DNA of 64,000 nucleotides from an uncultured Gemmatimonadales bacterium (GTDB lineage Bacteria; Gemmatimonadota; Gemmatimonadetes; Longimicrobiales; RSA9): positions 160,001-224,000 of the forward strand of contig CAWCUS010000005.1 in assembly GCA_963798845.1 (NCBI GenBank), given 5' to 3'. Positions 8,926-18,238 of this stretch are shown piece after piece. Below the pieces are notes generated by a model. It did no database searches. It saw only the letters and a program-made list of their open reading frames with translations, and was not told the DNA's origin. The translations under genes and the position numbers were made by a program. Numbering within the stretch: position 1 is the first letter of the stretch; each line of letters opens with the position of its first letter.

Positions 8926-10129
8926 TCGTCACCCTCTCCGCCACGCAGTCCACGCGCCCGTCCGCCACCCGCAGCCGGAATCGCCCCCCCACCTCGAAGT
9001 CGGAAGCCCGCCGGAGAACGCGCCCGTCCTCGCCCTGGGCCACGGCGTAGCCGCGCTTCAGGGCCGAGAGCGGCGACAGCGCCTCCAGCTTGTCGGCGCA
9101 GCGGGCGAGGGCGGCCGCGCGCCGCACCAGCAGCATCTCCACGCTGGCGGTCATGGCGTGCGCCAGGTCCTGCACGTCCGAGGCCCGCCCGACGACCAGC
9201 CGTCGCAGCGCCCCCGCCAGGCGCACCCGCGCCGTGGCCACCTGTCGCCGCAGGTCGGCGCCGTCCAGGACCACCCGCTCCGCCGCCGCTGACGGCGTGG
9301 CCGCGCGAGCATCTGCCACCAGGTCGGCGATGGTCACGTCCACCTCGTGTCCGATCGCGCTCACGACCGGCACCGGGCACCGTACGATGGCGCGCGCGAC
9401 CTCTTCCCGGTTGAACGCCCACAGGTCCTCCACCGAGCCCCCGCCACGTCCCACGATGATGACGTCGACGCGGCCGTACTCCGCCAGGCGGTCCAGCGCG
9501 GCCGCGATCTCCGCCTCGGCGCCGTCGCCCTGGACCCGGGCAGGGCTCAGCACCACCGTCGTCCACGGCGCCCGCTGCTCGATCACGCGCAGCACGTCGT
9601 GGATCGCCGCTCCGACCGGAGAAGTCACCACGCCCACCCGCGCCGGGCTGCGCGGCAACGGCCGCTTCCGCTCGGGGGCGAGCAGCCCTTCCCCTTCCAG
9701 CTTGTCACGGAGCCTCTCGAACGCCAGCCGCCACAGCCCGCCGGCGTCGCGGGCTTCCAACTCCCGCACCACCAGCTGATAGTCGCCTCTGGCCTCGTAC
9801 AGCGTCACGGTGCCGAACGCCCGGACGCGCATCCCCTCCTCCGGCTCCGCGGGGAGGCGCCTTGCGTCCCCGCTGAAGAGGACGCAGCGCACCTGAGCTT
9901 CCGCATCGCGCAGCGAGAAATAGCAATGACCCCGAGAGGAGCGCTTCCAGTTCGACACTTCGCCGCTCACCCACAGCGGCGGCAGCGAGGTGTCCAGCAG
10001 CTCCCGGATGAGTCGGTTCAGGCCACTGACGGTGTAGGCGACGCGGGGCTCGCCTGCCCCCGCGTCGCCCGGCGGCCGGGTCTGGCGCTCGGCCTCGGCG
10101 GCCGCGAACAGGTCCAGCGTGCCGCTCAC
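8918..10129 (-). CDS. xseA: Exodeoxyribonuclease VII large subunit
   Basis: GEVSNWK..GHCYFSLRD, GRGGGSVEDLWAFN, SAIGHEVD, LKRGYAV. Confidence 0.96.
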   Translation of the reverse strand: MSGTLDLFAAAEAERQTRPPGDAGAGEPRVAYTVSGLNRLIRELLDTSLPPLWVSGEVSNWKRSSRGHCYFSLRDAEAQVRCVLFSGDARRLPAEPEEGMRVRAFGTVTLYEARGDYQLVVRELEARDAGGLWRLAFERLRDKLEGEGLLAPERKRPLPRSPARVGVVTSPVGAAIHDVLRVIEQRAPWTTVVLSPARVQGDGAEAEIAAALDRLAEYGRVDVIIVGRGGGSVEDLWAFNREEVARAIVRCPVPVVSAIGHEVDVTIADLVADARAATPSAAAERVVLDGADLRRQVATARVRLAGALRRLVVGRASDVQDLAHAMTASVEMLLVRRAAALARCADKLEALSPLSALKRGYAVAQGEDGRVLRRASDFEVGGRFRLRVADGRVDCVAERVTNE

Positions 10130-11043
10130 GTCGCGCCCGCACCCTCCGGCACGCGGCCTGCCGCCGCGGACCGCCTGGCCGCTTCCAGTGTGTTCTTGAG
10201 CAGCATCGTGATCGTCATGGGCCCGACGCCGCCGGGAACCGGCGTGATCGCTTCGGCCACCTCTGCCACGGCATCGTAATCCACGTCGCCGATCCAGCGG
10301 TAGCCGCGCTCGTCGCTCGCGTCGTCGATGCGGTTCGAGCCCACGTCGATGACCACGACACCGGGCCTCACCATGTCCCGCGTCACCGTGTTCGGCCGAC
10401 CTACCGCCGCGACGATGATGTCCGCCCGGCGAGTCATCGCGGCCAGGTCGGCGGTCCGGCTGTGGGCCACCGTGACGGTGGCGTCACCGCCCCGGCCCTT
10501 CCGGAGCAGGAGCAGCGCGAGCGGCTTGCCCACGATGTTGGAGCGGCCGACCACCACCACGTTCTTCCCCTTCGGGTCGTAGCCGTTCCGCACCAGCATC
10601 TCGACGATCCCGGCGGGCGTGCAGGGGGCCAGCACGTTCGGATCGCCGACGGCGAGGCGCCCCACGTTCACCGGGTGGAAGCCGTCCACGTCCTTGGCCG
10701 GATCGATGGCCTCGATGATGGCGTCCTCATCGATCTGCGGCGGCAGCGGGAGCTGCACCAGGATTCCGTGGATCTCCGGGTCCGCGTTCAGCCCTTCCAC
10801 GAGGCCCAGCAGCTCGTCGTGGGGCGTGTCTCCGGGGAGCGTGATCTGTCGCGAGTAGAAGCTCGCCGCGTCGGCGGCTTTCCCCTTCATGCGGACGTAC
10901 TGGTGGCTGGCCGGGTCGTCCCCCACCAGCACCGTGGCCAGCCCGGGCTTCACGCCGGTCCTGGCCGTGAACGCCTCCGCATCCTGGCGGATCTCCTCGC
11001 GCATCTCCTTCGCGAGGGCCCGCCCATCTATGATCTTCGCCAT
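10126..11043 (-). CDS. folD: Methylenetetrahydrofolate dehydrogenase/cyclohydrolase
   Basis: GILVQLPLP, KDVDGFHPVNVG, GRSNIVGKP, TPVPGGVGPMT. Confidence 0.97.
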   Translation of the reverse strand: MAKIIDGRALAKEMREEIRQDAEAFTARTGVKPGLATVLVGDDPASHQYVRMKGKAADAASFYSRQITLPGDTPHDELLGLVEGLNADPEIHGILVQLPLPPQIDEDAIIEAIDPAKDVDGFHPVNVGRLAVGDPNVLAPCTPAGIVEMLVRNGYDPKGKNVVVVGRSNIVGKPLALLLLRKGRGGDATVTVAHSRTADLAAMTRRADIIVAAVGRPNTVTRDMVRPGVVVIDVGSNRIDDASDERGYRWIGDVDYDAVAEVAEAITPVPGGVGPMTITMLLKNTLEAARRSAAAGRVPEGAGAT

Positions 11044-11065
11044 GAATCGTCGGTTTCGGGTTGTG

Positions 11066-12622
11066 TCAGCGCGCGAAGTCCACCGCGCGCGTCTCCCGGA
11101 TCACCACCACCTTGATCTGACCCGGGTACTGAAGCTCTTCCTCGAGCTTGCGAGCGATCTTCTCGCTAAGCTGTGCCATTTCCTCATCGCGCGCCTGCTC
11201 CGGGTCCACCATCACCCGGATCTCCCGACCCGCCTGGATCGCGAAGCAGCGCTCCACGCCATCGAAACCCTGCGCGATCTCCTCGAGCTTCTCCAGCCGC
11301 TTCACGTACGTCTCGAACATCTCTCGCCGGGCGCCCGGTCGGGCGCCGCTGATGGCGTCCGCGGCCGTGACCAGGAACGTTTCCGGGTACCGGTGCGGCT
11401 CCTCGTCATGGTGCGCCCTGATGGCGTTCAGCACCTGGTCCGGCTCGCCGTGCCGGCGGCACAGTTCCCAGCCCAGCTCCACGTGCGTCCCCTCGTGCTC
11501 GTGCGTCAGCCCTTTCCCGACGTCGTGCAGAAGCCCCATGCGTTTCGCCATGGTGGCGTCCAACCCCATCTCGAGGGCCATGTTCCCCGCCAGCACGGCC
11601 ACCTCCTTCGAGTGCAGCAGCTGGTTCTGCCCGTATGAGGTGCGGAACTTGAGGCGCCCGAGCACCTTGATGATCTCCGGGGCCACCCCGTGGACGCCGA
11701 GGTCGTAGAGCGTCTCCTCAGCGGCGAGGATCATCGCCTCCTCGACCTCCTTCTGGCTCTTCTCCACCACCTCCTCGATCCGGCCGGGGTGGATCCGGCC
11801 ATCGGCCACCAGCTTTTCCAGCGCGATCCTCGCCGTCTCCCGTCGCACCGGATCGAAGCCGGACAGGATCACCGCCTCCGGTGTGTCGTCGATGATCACA
11901 TCGATGCCGGTCGCCTGCTCGAACGCCCGGATGTTCCGCCCCTCACGCCCGATGATCCGCCCCTTCATTTCGTCGGACGGCAGGCTGACCACGCTCACCA
12001 CGCTCTCCGCCGTATGGTCGGCGGCGATCCGCTGGATGGCCAGCCCGATGATGTTCTTCGCCTCCCGCTCCGCGTCCCGCTTCGCCACTTCCCGGATTTC
12101 GCGCAGCGTGTTCGCTGCCTCTGCCCTCGCCTCGTCCTCGAGCGCGGCGACCAGCTGCTTCTTCGCCTCCGCGGCCGACATTCCCGCAAGCGCCTCCAGC
12201 TTCGCCCGCGCCTCGCGCTCCCGCTGGCGCAGCTCCTCGTCGGCCTGCTCCAGCGTCTTCGCCTGCGCCGCGACGCCCCGCTCCCGTTGCTCGAGCGCCC
12301 GCTCCTTCTCCTCCAGCGCGTCGAACTTCCGGTCCAGGCTGGTGCGACGCGCGTCCACTCGACTCTCCGCCCGCTCCAGCTCCTCGCGGCGACGACCCTC
12401 CTCGCGCTCCCACGCCTCCCGCGTCTGCACCGCCGCCTCACGCCCCTCGATCTCCGCCGCCTTTCGGGTGCGCTCGGCATCCTCTGCGGCCGTGCGACGG
12501 ATCCGCTCCGCCTCTTCCTCGGCACCGGCCCGGGCGCTGCGCAGACGCATGCGCTCGCCGAGCCAGCCGATCAGCAGGCCAACGGCGGCGGCCACGACCG
12601 CCACCAGGAACAGGTTGTTCAT
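11066..12622 (-). CDS. rny: Ribonuclease Y
   Basis: N-terminal TM, coiled coil, KH (MKGRIIGREGRNIR), HD domain (LLHDVGK; ADAISGARPGAR). Confidence 0.97.
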   Translation of the reverse strand: MNNLFLVAVVAAAVGLLIGWLGERMRLRSARAGAEEEAERIRRTAAEDAERTRKAAEIEGREAAVQTREAWEREEGRRREELERAESRVDARRTSLDRKFDALEEKERALEQRERGVAAQAKTLEQADEELRQREREARAKLEALAGMSAAEAKKQLVAALEDEARAEAANTLREIREVAKRDAEREAKNIIGLAIQRIAADHTAESVVSVVSLPSDEMKGRIIGREGRNIRAFEQATGIDVIIDDTPEAVILSGFDPVRRETARIALEKLVADGRIHPGRIEEVVEKSQKEVEEAMILAAEETLYDLGVHGVAPEIIKVLGRLKFRTSYGQNQLLHSKEVAVLAGNMALEMGLDATMAKRMGLLHDVGKGLTHEHEGTHVELGWELCRRHGEPDQVLNAIRAHHDEEPHRYPETFLVTAADAISGARPGARREMFETYVKRLEKLEEIAQGFDGVERCFAIQAGREIRVMVDPEQARDEEMAQLSEKIARKLEEELQYPGQIKVVVIRETRAVDFAR

Positions 12623-12727
12623 ATGGACGACTCCAGGAAAGGCGCCATGACGCGCCTCGGAAGGCAATCACTCGGTGTCCCCGGCGACGCAGCCGGCGAC
12701 CCGACAGACCCACTGCCGCAGGGTGAA

Positions 12728-12757
12728 AAGCTAGGACGTCTCAGTCGGCGGATGCAA
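12728..12757 (-). promoter_or_regulatory. Candidate sigma-70-type promoter for rny
   Basis: TTGCAT-N18-TAGCTT straddling the zapA stop. Confidence 0.45.
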
Positions 12758-13055
12758 CCCCGGACGCGGGCGCTCGGCGCTCGATCTCTTCCAGCAGACG
12801 CGCTGATTTTCGGCTCAGCGCCTCCTCCAGCACCTCCACACCTCGCCTGGCCTGGAGCAGCTGGTCCGCCAGCGCGAGCGCCGCCAGGATCGCCGCCTTG
12901 TGCACCTCGACCAGGCTCCCCTGCGACATGATCTCCGCCAGCGTCTCGTTCACGCACCGTGCGCACTCGCGCGTGTACTCCTGACTCGCGTGGGACCGGA
13001 TCGTGTACTCCTCGCCCGCGATCTCCACGGTGGTGACCGTCCGCTCGCCCGTCAC
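12741..13055 (-). CDS. zapA: Cell division protein ZapA
   Basis: VEIAGEEYTI...AAILAALALADQL. pheT-zapA-rny synteny. Confidence 0.88.
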   Translation of the reverse strand: MTGERTVTTVEIAGEEYTIRSHASQEYTRECARCVNETLAEIMSQGSLVEVHKAAILAALALADQLLQARRGVEVLEEALSRKSARLLEEIERRAPASGVASAD

Positions 13056-13369
13056 AGCTCCTCCCGAAGGAAATCGAAGCGCGCCACCAGCCGACGGATC
13101 CGCTCCTGCGCCTTCCCGATGCGCCGCCGGAGATCACGGTTCTCCTCTTCCAGCAGGCGCACCGTCTCCTTCAGCTTCAGCGGATCCAGCCCGCCTTCGT
13201 GGATATTCCGGAGCGTCTGCTCCAGCTCGCCCGCGCGCGCCTCCGCCACCTGTGCGCGTGCCCGGTACCCGGCGACGTCGTCCAGCAGCCGCCGCACCGC
13301 GCGCTCCAGGCGCTCGTACTCCGCCGGAAGCGCGTCGGCCGCCTTCGTGTCAACCGCGTCGTTCGACAC
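13052..13369 (-). CDS. Coiled-coil protein, ZapB-like
   Basis: Heptad-rich 105 aa ORF between pheT and zapA, overlapping both. Confidence 0.65.
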   Translation of the reverse strand: MSNDAVDTKAADALPAEYERLERAVRRLLDDVAGYRARAQVAEARAGELEQTLRNIHEGGLDPLKLKETVRLLEEENRDLRRRIGKAQERIRRLVARFDFLREEL

Positions 13370-15791
13370 CGTGGACTTCCCTCAAGCGGTTCAGGACGCG
13401 TTCGATCGCCCGATCGACCTCCTCGTCCTTCAAGGTACGCTCCGCGTGACGGAAAACCAGCCGGTATGCGATGCTCCTGACCCCCTCCGGCACCCCGCGC
13501 CCACGGTAAACGTCGAACACCTCCACCGCCTCCAGCAGCCCGCCGGCCGCCTCTCGCACCGTCGCTTCCACTTCCGCGGCCGGGAGAGAGTCCGGCACCA
13601 GGAGCGCAAGATCGCGGTCGCTCGACGGCTGCGTGGCGAGCGGCGCCAGCGCCGGTCGGCTCCGGCGCGCCATGTCCTCGGTCAGCCGGATCTCCAGCGC
13701 GAACGCCGGCGCCGCCCACGTGGGTGCGTCCAGCGCCTTTCCGGCCACCTCGCCCCCGATGCCGACCACGCCCGCGGGCGTGCGGAGCGCCAGCACGGTG
13801 CCCGGGCGGAAGAGATCGCGGCGGGCCAGGTCGCCGGTCTCCTCGTCGCCGAGCGGGCCCACATGCGCTCGCCCGGGGCCGAGGACCCGGCCGAGCTGCT
13901 CGAGGAGGCCACGTGCGTCCCAGAGGTCGTGGTCGTCGGCACTGCCCGACCAGTGCGGCGGCTCGCGGCGGCCGCTCAGGACCACGGCCACCCGGCGGTC
14001 CTCAGCGGGGCGCCCGCCGGGACCGCCCGCGTGGAAGGTGGTGCCGATCTCGAAGAGCCGGACGTCGCGCACCCCGCGGGCGAAGTTGAGCTCGAGGGCG
14101 CGCAGGAGCCCGTGCGCCACGGTCGAGCGCAGCACGCTCTCCTCGCTGGAGAGCGGGCGGAGGAGTGGGACCTCCCCTGCCGACTGTGCCACCATGGGAA
14201 CGCTCCGGGCCTCGAGCAGGCCCGCCCCGACCATGAACTCCCGCACCCGGTCCTCGAGGCGGAGCGCCGGGGAGTCGGCGATGGTGGTGGCGCGGAACGG
14301 GCGGGGGCTGGCGTCCAGCCGGTCGTACCCGTAGCGGCGGGCCACCTCTTCGATGAGGTCGATCTCCCGCGTGACATCGTGGCGCCGGAACCCGGGCACC
14401 GCGAACGCGAGGATGTCGTCGTCGCGGCTCCGGAGCTCGAACCCGAGCGTCTGCAGGATGTCCCGGATCTGCTCGGCAGGAATGGGCGTCCCGAGCACGG
14501 CCTCCACGCGGGAGGGCCGTAGCGGGACCACCGGGGCCTCCTGCGGTGCCGGGAAGACGTCCAGCGCCGCTTCCGTTCGGCCGCCGGCCACCGCCGCGAT
14601 CAGCTCCACGGCGCGCAGCAGCGCCCGCTCCATCCCCTCCATGTCGACGCCGCGCTCGAAACGATAGCTCGCATCCGTGGAGAGCCCCAGCGCTCTCGCC
14701 GTGCTCCGGATCGAGCGCGGGTCGAAGTACGCGCACTCCAGCAGGACGCGCGTGGTGACGGCCGTCACTTCGCTGGTTGAGCCCCCCATGACCCCTGCCA
14801 CCGCGACCGGCGCCGCCGCGTCGGCGATCACCAGCATGTCCGCGGTCAGCCGACGCTCCGCGTCGTCCAGCGTCGTGATGCGCTCTCCCGGGCGCGCGCG
14901 CCGGACGCGGATCTCGGGGCCGTCCAGGCGCTCGAGGTCGAACGCGTGCAGCGGCTGACCCAGCTCATGCAGCACGTAGTTGGTCGCATCCACCACGTTG
15001 TTGATCGGCCGCTGCCCGATCGAACGGAGCCGGCTCGCGAGCCACGGCGGCGATGGCGCGACTGTGACATCCTCGATCACGGCGGCCATGTAGCGCGGGC
15101 AGGCGGCCGCGTCCTCGATGCAGAGGCGCACACCCGAGGCCCGGCCTTCCGTTCGCTCGCGCCGGATCGAGGGTGCGGGAGCGTCGCCCCGGACCCCCTC
15201 CCCATCATCGGGAAACGGCTGCAGGTGAACGCCGTGGTGTCCCTCGGGCGCCAGCTCGCGCGCCACGCCCACGTGAGACAGGAGGTCCGACCGGTTCGGC
15301 GTGACCTCCAGCGTCAGGCGGGCGTCGTCGAGCCCGAGCGCTTCGACGAGCGGCGACCCGACGGTGTGAGCGTCGGCGAGGCGCATGATCCCCGACCCGT
15401 CGCGGCCAAGCCCCAGCTCGCGCTCGCTGCACAGCATGCCGTTGCTGTATTCGCCCCGGATCTTCGCCCGCCGCAACTCCACGCCACCCGGGAGGGAAGA
15501 CCCCGCGGGCGCGAACGGATACAGCGCCCCCTCCTCGACGTTGGGGGCGCCGCAGACCACCTGCACCGGCTCTCCGCCGCCGGCGTCCACGTCGCAGAGG
15601 GTGAGGCGATCGGCGTTGGGGTGCGGCCTCGAGCGGAGCACGCGGGCCACGACGACCTCGCCGAGCCCGGCGCCCGGCCGCGCCAGCTCCTCCACCGGCG
15701 CGCCCAGCATTCCGAGGCGAGCGGCCAGCGCTTCCGGCTCATCCTGGATCTCCGGCGCCAGCTCCCGGAGCCACCGGTAGCTGATGTTCAT
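13350..15791 (-). CDS. pheT: Phenylalanyl-tRNA synthetase beta subunit
   Basis: MNISYRWLRE, HPNADRL, VVCGAPNV, TPNRSDLLS, DASYRFERGVD, REIDLIEEVAR. Confidence 0.97.
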   Translation of the reverse strand: MNISYRWLRELAPEIQDEPEALAARLGMLGAPVEELARPGAGLGEVVVARVLRSRPHPNADRLTLCDVDAGGGEPVQVVCGAPNVEEGALYPFAPAGSSLPGGVELRRAKIRGEYSNGMLCSERELGLGRDGSGIMRLADAHTVGSPLVEALGLDDARLTLEVTPNRSDLLSHVGVARELAPEGHHGVHLQPFPDDGEGVRGDAPAPSIRRERTEGRASGVRLCIEDAAACPRYMAAVIEDVTVAPSPPWLASRLRSIGQRPINNVVDATNYVLHELGQPLHAFDLERLDGPEIRVRRARPGERITTLDDAERRLTADMLVIADAAAPVAVAGVMGGSTSEVTAVTTRVLLECAYFDPRSIRSTARALGLSTDASYRFERGVDMEGMERALLRAVELIAAVAGGRTEAALDVFPAPQEAPVVPLRPSRVEAVLGTPIPAEQIRDILQTLGFELRSRDDDILAFAVPGFRRHDVTREIDLIEEVARRYGYDRLDASPRPFRATTIADSPALRLEDRVREFMVGAGLLEARSVPMVAQSAGEVPLLRPLSSEESVLRSTVAHGLLRALELNFARGVRDVRLFEIGTTFHAGGPGGRPAEDRRVAVVLSGRREPPHWSGSADDHDLWDARGLLEQLGRVLGPGRAHVGPLGDEETGDLARRDLFRPGTVLALRTPAGVVGIGGEVAGKALDAPTWAAPAFALEIRLTEDMARRSRPALAPLATQPSSDRDLALLVPDSLPAAEVEATVREAAGGLLEAVEVFDVYRGRGVPEGVRSIAYRLVFRHAERTLKDEEVDRAIERVLNRLREVHGVERRG

Positions 15792-16813
15792 GAGAACTGC
15801 TCCAGGAAACGGGTGTCGCCCTCGTACCACATGCGGATGTCCGGGACGCCGTACACCAGGATGGCGATGCGGCCGGGGCCCATGCCGAACGCGAACCCCG
15901 TGTACCGCTCGGGGTCGTAGCCCACGTTCTCGAACACGGCGGGATCCACCATGCCCGCTCCCATGATCTCCAGCCACCCCGTCCCCTTGCAGGTGCTGCA
16001 GCCCTTCCCGCCGCAGATCGCGCACGTCACGTCCACCTCGGCGCTCGGCTCCGTGAACGGGAAGAAGGAGGGCCGGAAGCGCGTGCGCGTGCCACTCCCG
16101 AAGAGCTTGCGGGCGAACTCGCTCAGCGTCGCCTTCAGGTCCACCAGCGTGATCCCCTCGTCCACCACGAGCCCTTCGATCTGCTCGAACGCGGGCGCGT
16201 GCGACGGGTCCCATGGATCGCGCCGGTAGACCAGCCCCGGCGCCAGGATGCGGATCGGGGGCTCGTGCGCCAGCATGGTCCGCACCTGCACGGGCGAGGT
16301 GTGGCTTCGCAGGAGAACGCCGTCGCCCAGGTAGAACGTGTCGCCCGGTGCCGCGGCCGGGTGGTCGAGCGGCGTGTTCAGAGCCTCGAAGTTGTGCCAG
16401 TCCGTCTCGGCCTCGGGGCCCGTGGCCCGGACGAAGCCCATGTCGCGGAAAATGCCATGGATCTCGTCCATCACCTGCGTCACGGGGTGCCTCGCCCCCC
16501 GCCAGTGGCGCCGGCCCGGGAGCGTGAGGTCCAGCGACGGACCGGCAGCGGTGGCGCCGGCCAGCTCCGCTTCCCTCGCCTCCAGCAGCGCTGTCACCAC
16601 GGCCTTGACCTCGTTCGCCCGCTTCCCCACCGCGGGTCGCTCCTCGGGCGGCATCTCGCCAAGCCGCCGCAGGATGGCCGTGAGGCGCCCGTCCTTGCGC
16701 CCCAGCAGCTCCACCCGCAGCCCTTCGAGGGCCGCCGCGTCGGCGGCTTCGGCCACCTGGCCGCGGGCCGTCCTCTCCAGCGCGTCCAGCGCTTCGATCA
16801 ACTCGCTCGCCAT
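15788..16813 (-). CDS. pheS: Phenylalanyl-tRNA synthetase alpha subunit
   Basis: LLRSHTSPVQ, FRPSFFPFTEPSAE, C..CGG.GC..CK.TGWLE, GFAFGMG. Confidence 0.97.
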   Translation of the reverse strand: MASELIEALDALERTARGQVAEAADAAALEGLRVELLGRKDGRLTAILRRLGEMPPEERPAVGKRANEVKAVVTALLEAREAELAGATAAGPSLDLTLPGRRHWRGARHPVTQVMDEIHGIFRDMGFVRATGPEAETDWHNFEALNTPLDHPAAAPGDTFYLGDGVLLRSHTSPVQVRTMLAHEPPIRILAPGLVYRRDPWDPSHAPAFEQIEGLVVDEGITLVDLKATLSEFARKLFGSGTRTRFRPSFFPFTEPSAEVDVTCAICGGKGCSTCKGTGWLEIMGAGMVDPAVFENVGYDPERYTGFAFGMGPGRIAILVYGVPDIRMWYEGDTRFLEQFS

Positions 16814-16827
16814 TCCACGTCCCCGAA

Positions 16828-16868
16828 ATCGAATCGCCCCCCGGCCCGTTGCTCGAGCCGAGGGGCGA
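16828..16868 (-). terminator. GC-rich hairpin between rplT and pheS (weak terminator or processing site)
   Basis: TCGCCCCTCGGCTCG-AGCAA-CGGGCCGGGGGGCGA followed by TTCGATTT. Confidence 0.45.
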
Positions 16869-16896
16869 AGGTGCTGTTCCGAAACAGCAATCGCAA

Positions 16897-17253
16897 CTAG
16901 TCGAGCTGAGCCTTGGCCTGCGTCACCAGCTCTCCGAAGGCTTCCGGCTCGCGCACCGCGAGGTCCGCCAGGACTTTCCGGTTCACCTCGATCCCCGCCC
17001 GCTTCAGGCCGTTCATGAACCGGCTGTAGCTGAGGTCGTGCTGGCGCGCCGCGGCGTTTATCCGCGAGATCCACAGGCGGCGGAACTCGCGCTTCTTGTT
17101 CTTCCGGTCACGGTACGAGTACTGCCAGCCGCGCTCCACCGCGTTCTTTGCGATGCGCCATAGCTTCGACCGCCCGCCGAAATAACCGCGGGCCGCCCGG
17201 AAATACTTCTTCTTCTTGCGGTGTCTCGACACCGCGTTCGTTGATCTCGGCAT
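16897..17253 (-). CDS. rplT: 50S ribosomal protein L20
   Basis: ARGYFGGRS, YRDRKNKKREFRRLWISRINAA, NRKVLADLA. Confidence 0.98.
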   Translation of the reverse strand: MPRSTNAVSRHRKKKKYFRAARGYFGGRSKLWRIAKNAVERGWQYSYRDRKNKKREFRRLWISRINAAARQHDLSYSRFMNGLKRAGIEVNRKVLADLAVREPEAFGELVTQAKAQLD

Positions 17254-17257
17254 TCCA

Positions 17258-17452
17258 CTACCCCTGCAGCAGGCGCTTCATGCGCTTCTCGTCCGCCTTC
17301 GACACGAGCGTGGGCGCACGCAGATGGCGCTTCCGCTTCCGATCCTTCTTGGTAAGGATGTGCCGGCGGTTCTGCTTCCCACGCTTCAGCCGACCGCTCG
17401 CCGTACGCTTCAGACGCTTCGCCGCGCCCTTGTTCGTCTTCATCTTCGGCAT
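17258..17452 (-). CDS. rpmI: 50S ribosomal protein L35
   Basis: [13 protein letters not shown]...HILTKK..KRKRHLR. Confidence 0.98.
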   Translation of the reverse strand: MPKMKTNKGAAKRLKRTASGRLKRGKQNRRHILTKKDRKRKRHLRAPTLVSKADEKRMKRLLQG

Positions 17453-17469
17453 TGCCTACCTCCCTCGCT

Positions 17470-17985
<516 letters not shown>

Positions 17986-18009
17986 CGCTTTGCTCTCCTG
18001 TGACGGACG

Positions 18010-18150
18010 AAAAAAAGGACCCGCTCTCACGGGTCCACGGCTGCACCCTGCCCGGGTGGGCAAGGCGGCCTGTGAACCCGGCGGTACCGCGGAGCGGACC
18101 GAAAGGTGGAGGGGCGGCCAAGCTGCACCCTCGCTTCCTCAGTTTTCCGG
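18010..18150 (-). promoter_or_regulatory. Structured infC-rpmI-rplT leader with terminator/antiterminator (L20-leader-like attenuator)
   Basis: Terminator GGACCCG-TGAGAG-CGGGTCC-T7 (18010-18036). Competing pairing of CGGGTTCAC (18072-18080) with GTGGACCCG (18030-18038). Confidence 0.65.
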
Positions 18151-18155
18151 GGCGA

Positions 18156-18184
18156 AGTATAGGGCCTGCGGCCCGGGGGGTCAA
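18156..18184 (-). promoter_or_regulatory. sigma-70-type promoter of infC operon
   Basis: TTGACC-N17-TATACT. Confidence 0.8.
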
Positions 18185-18238
18185 CGGCCCCCTCCACGCG
18201 AGGCCCGGGACGCGCGAGGATCGCAGGCGCGGCGTCTC

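Noticed and set aside
12623..12740. 6S RNA, which often lies downstream of zapA
   Set aside because: The gap is only about 118 nt, contains a candidate rny promoter and shows no long central-bubble hairpin.
16798..16896. pheM-like Phe leader before pheS (TTG ORF in frame after the rplT stop, 4 Phe codons)
   Set aside because: The Phe codons are dispersed and two lie after the hairpin. There is no promoter or SD, and the ORF runs into pheS, which is not attenuator geometry.
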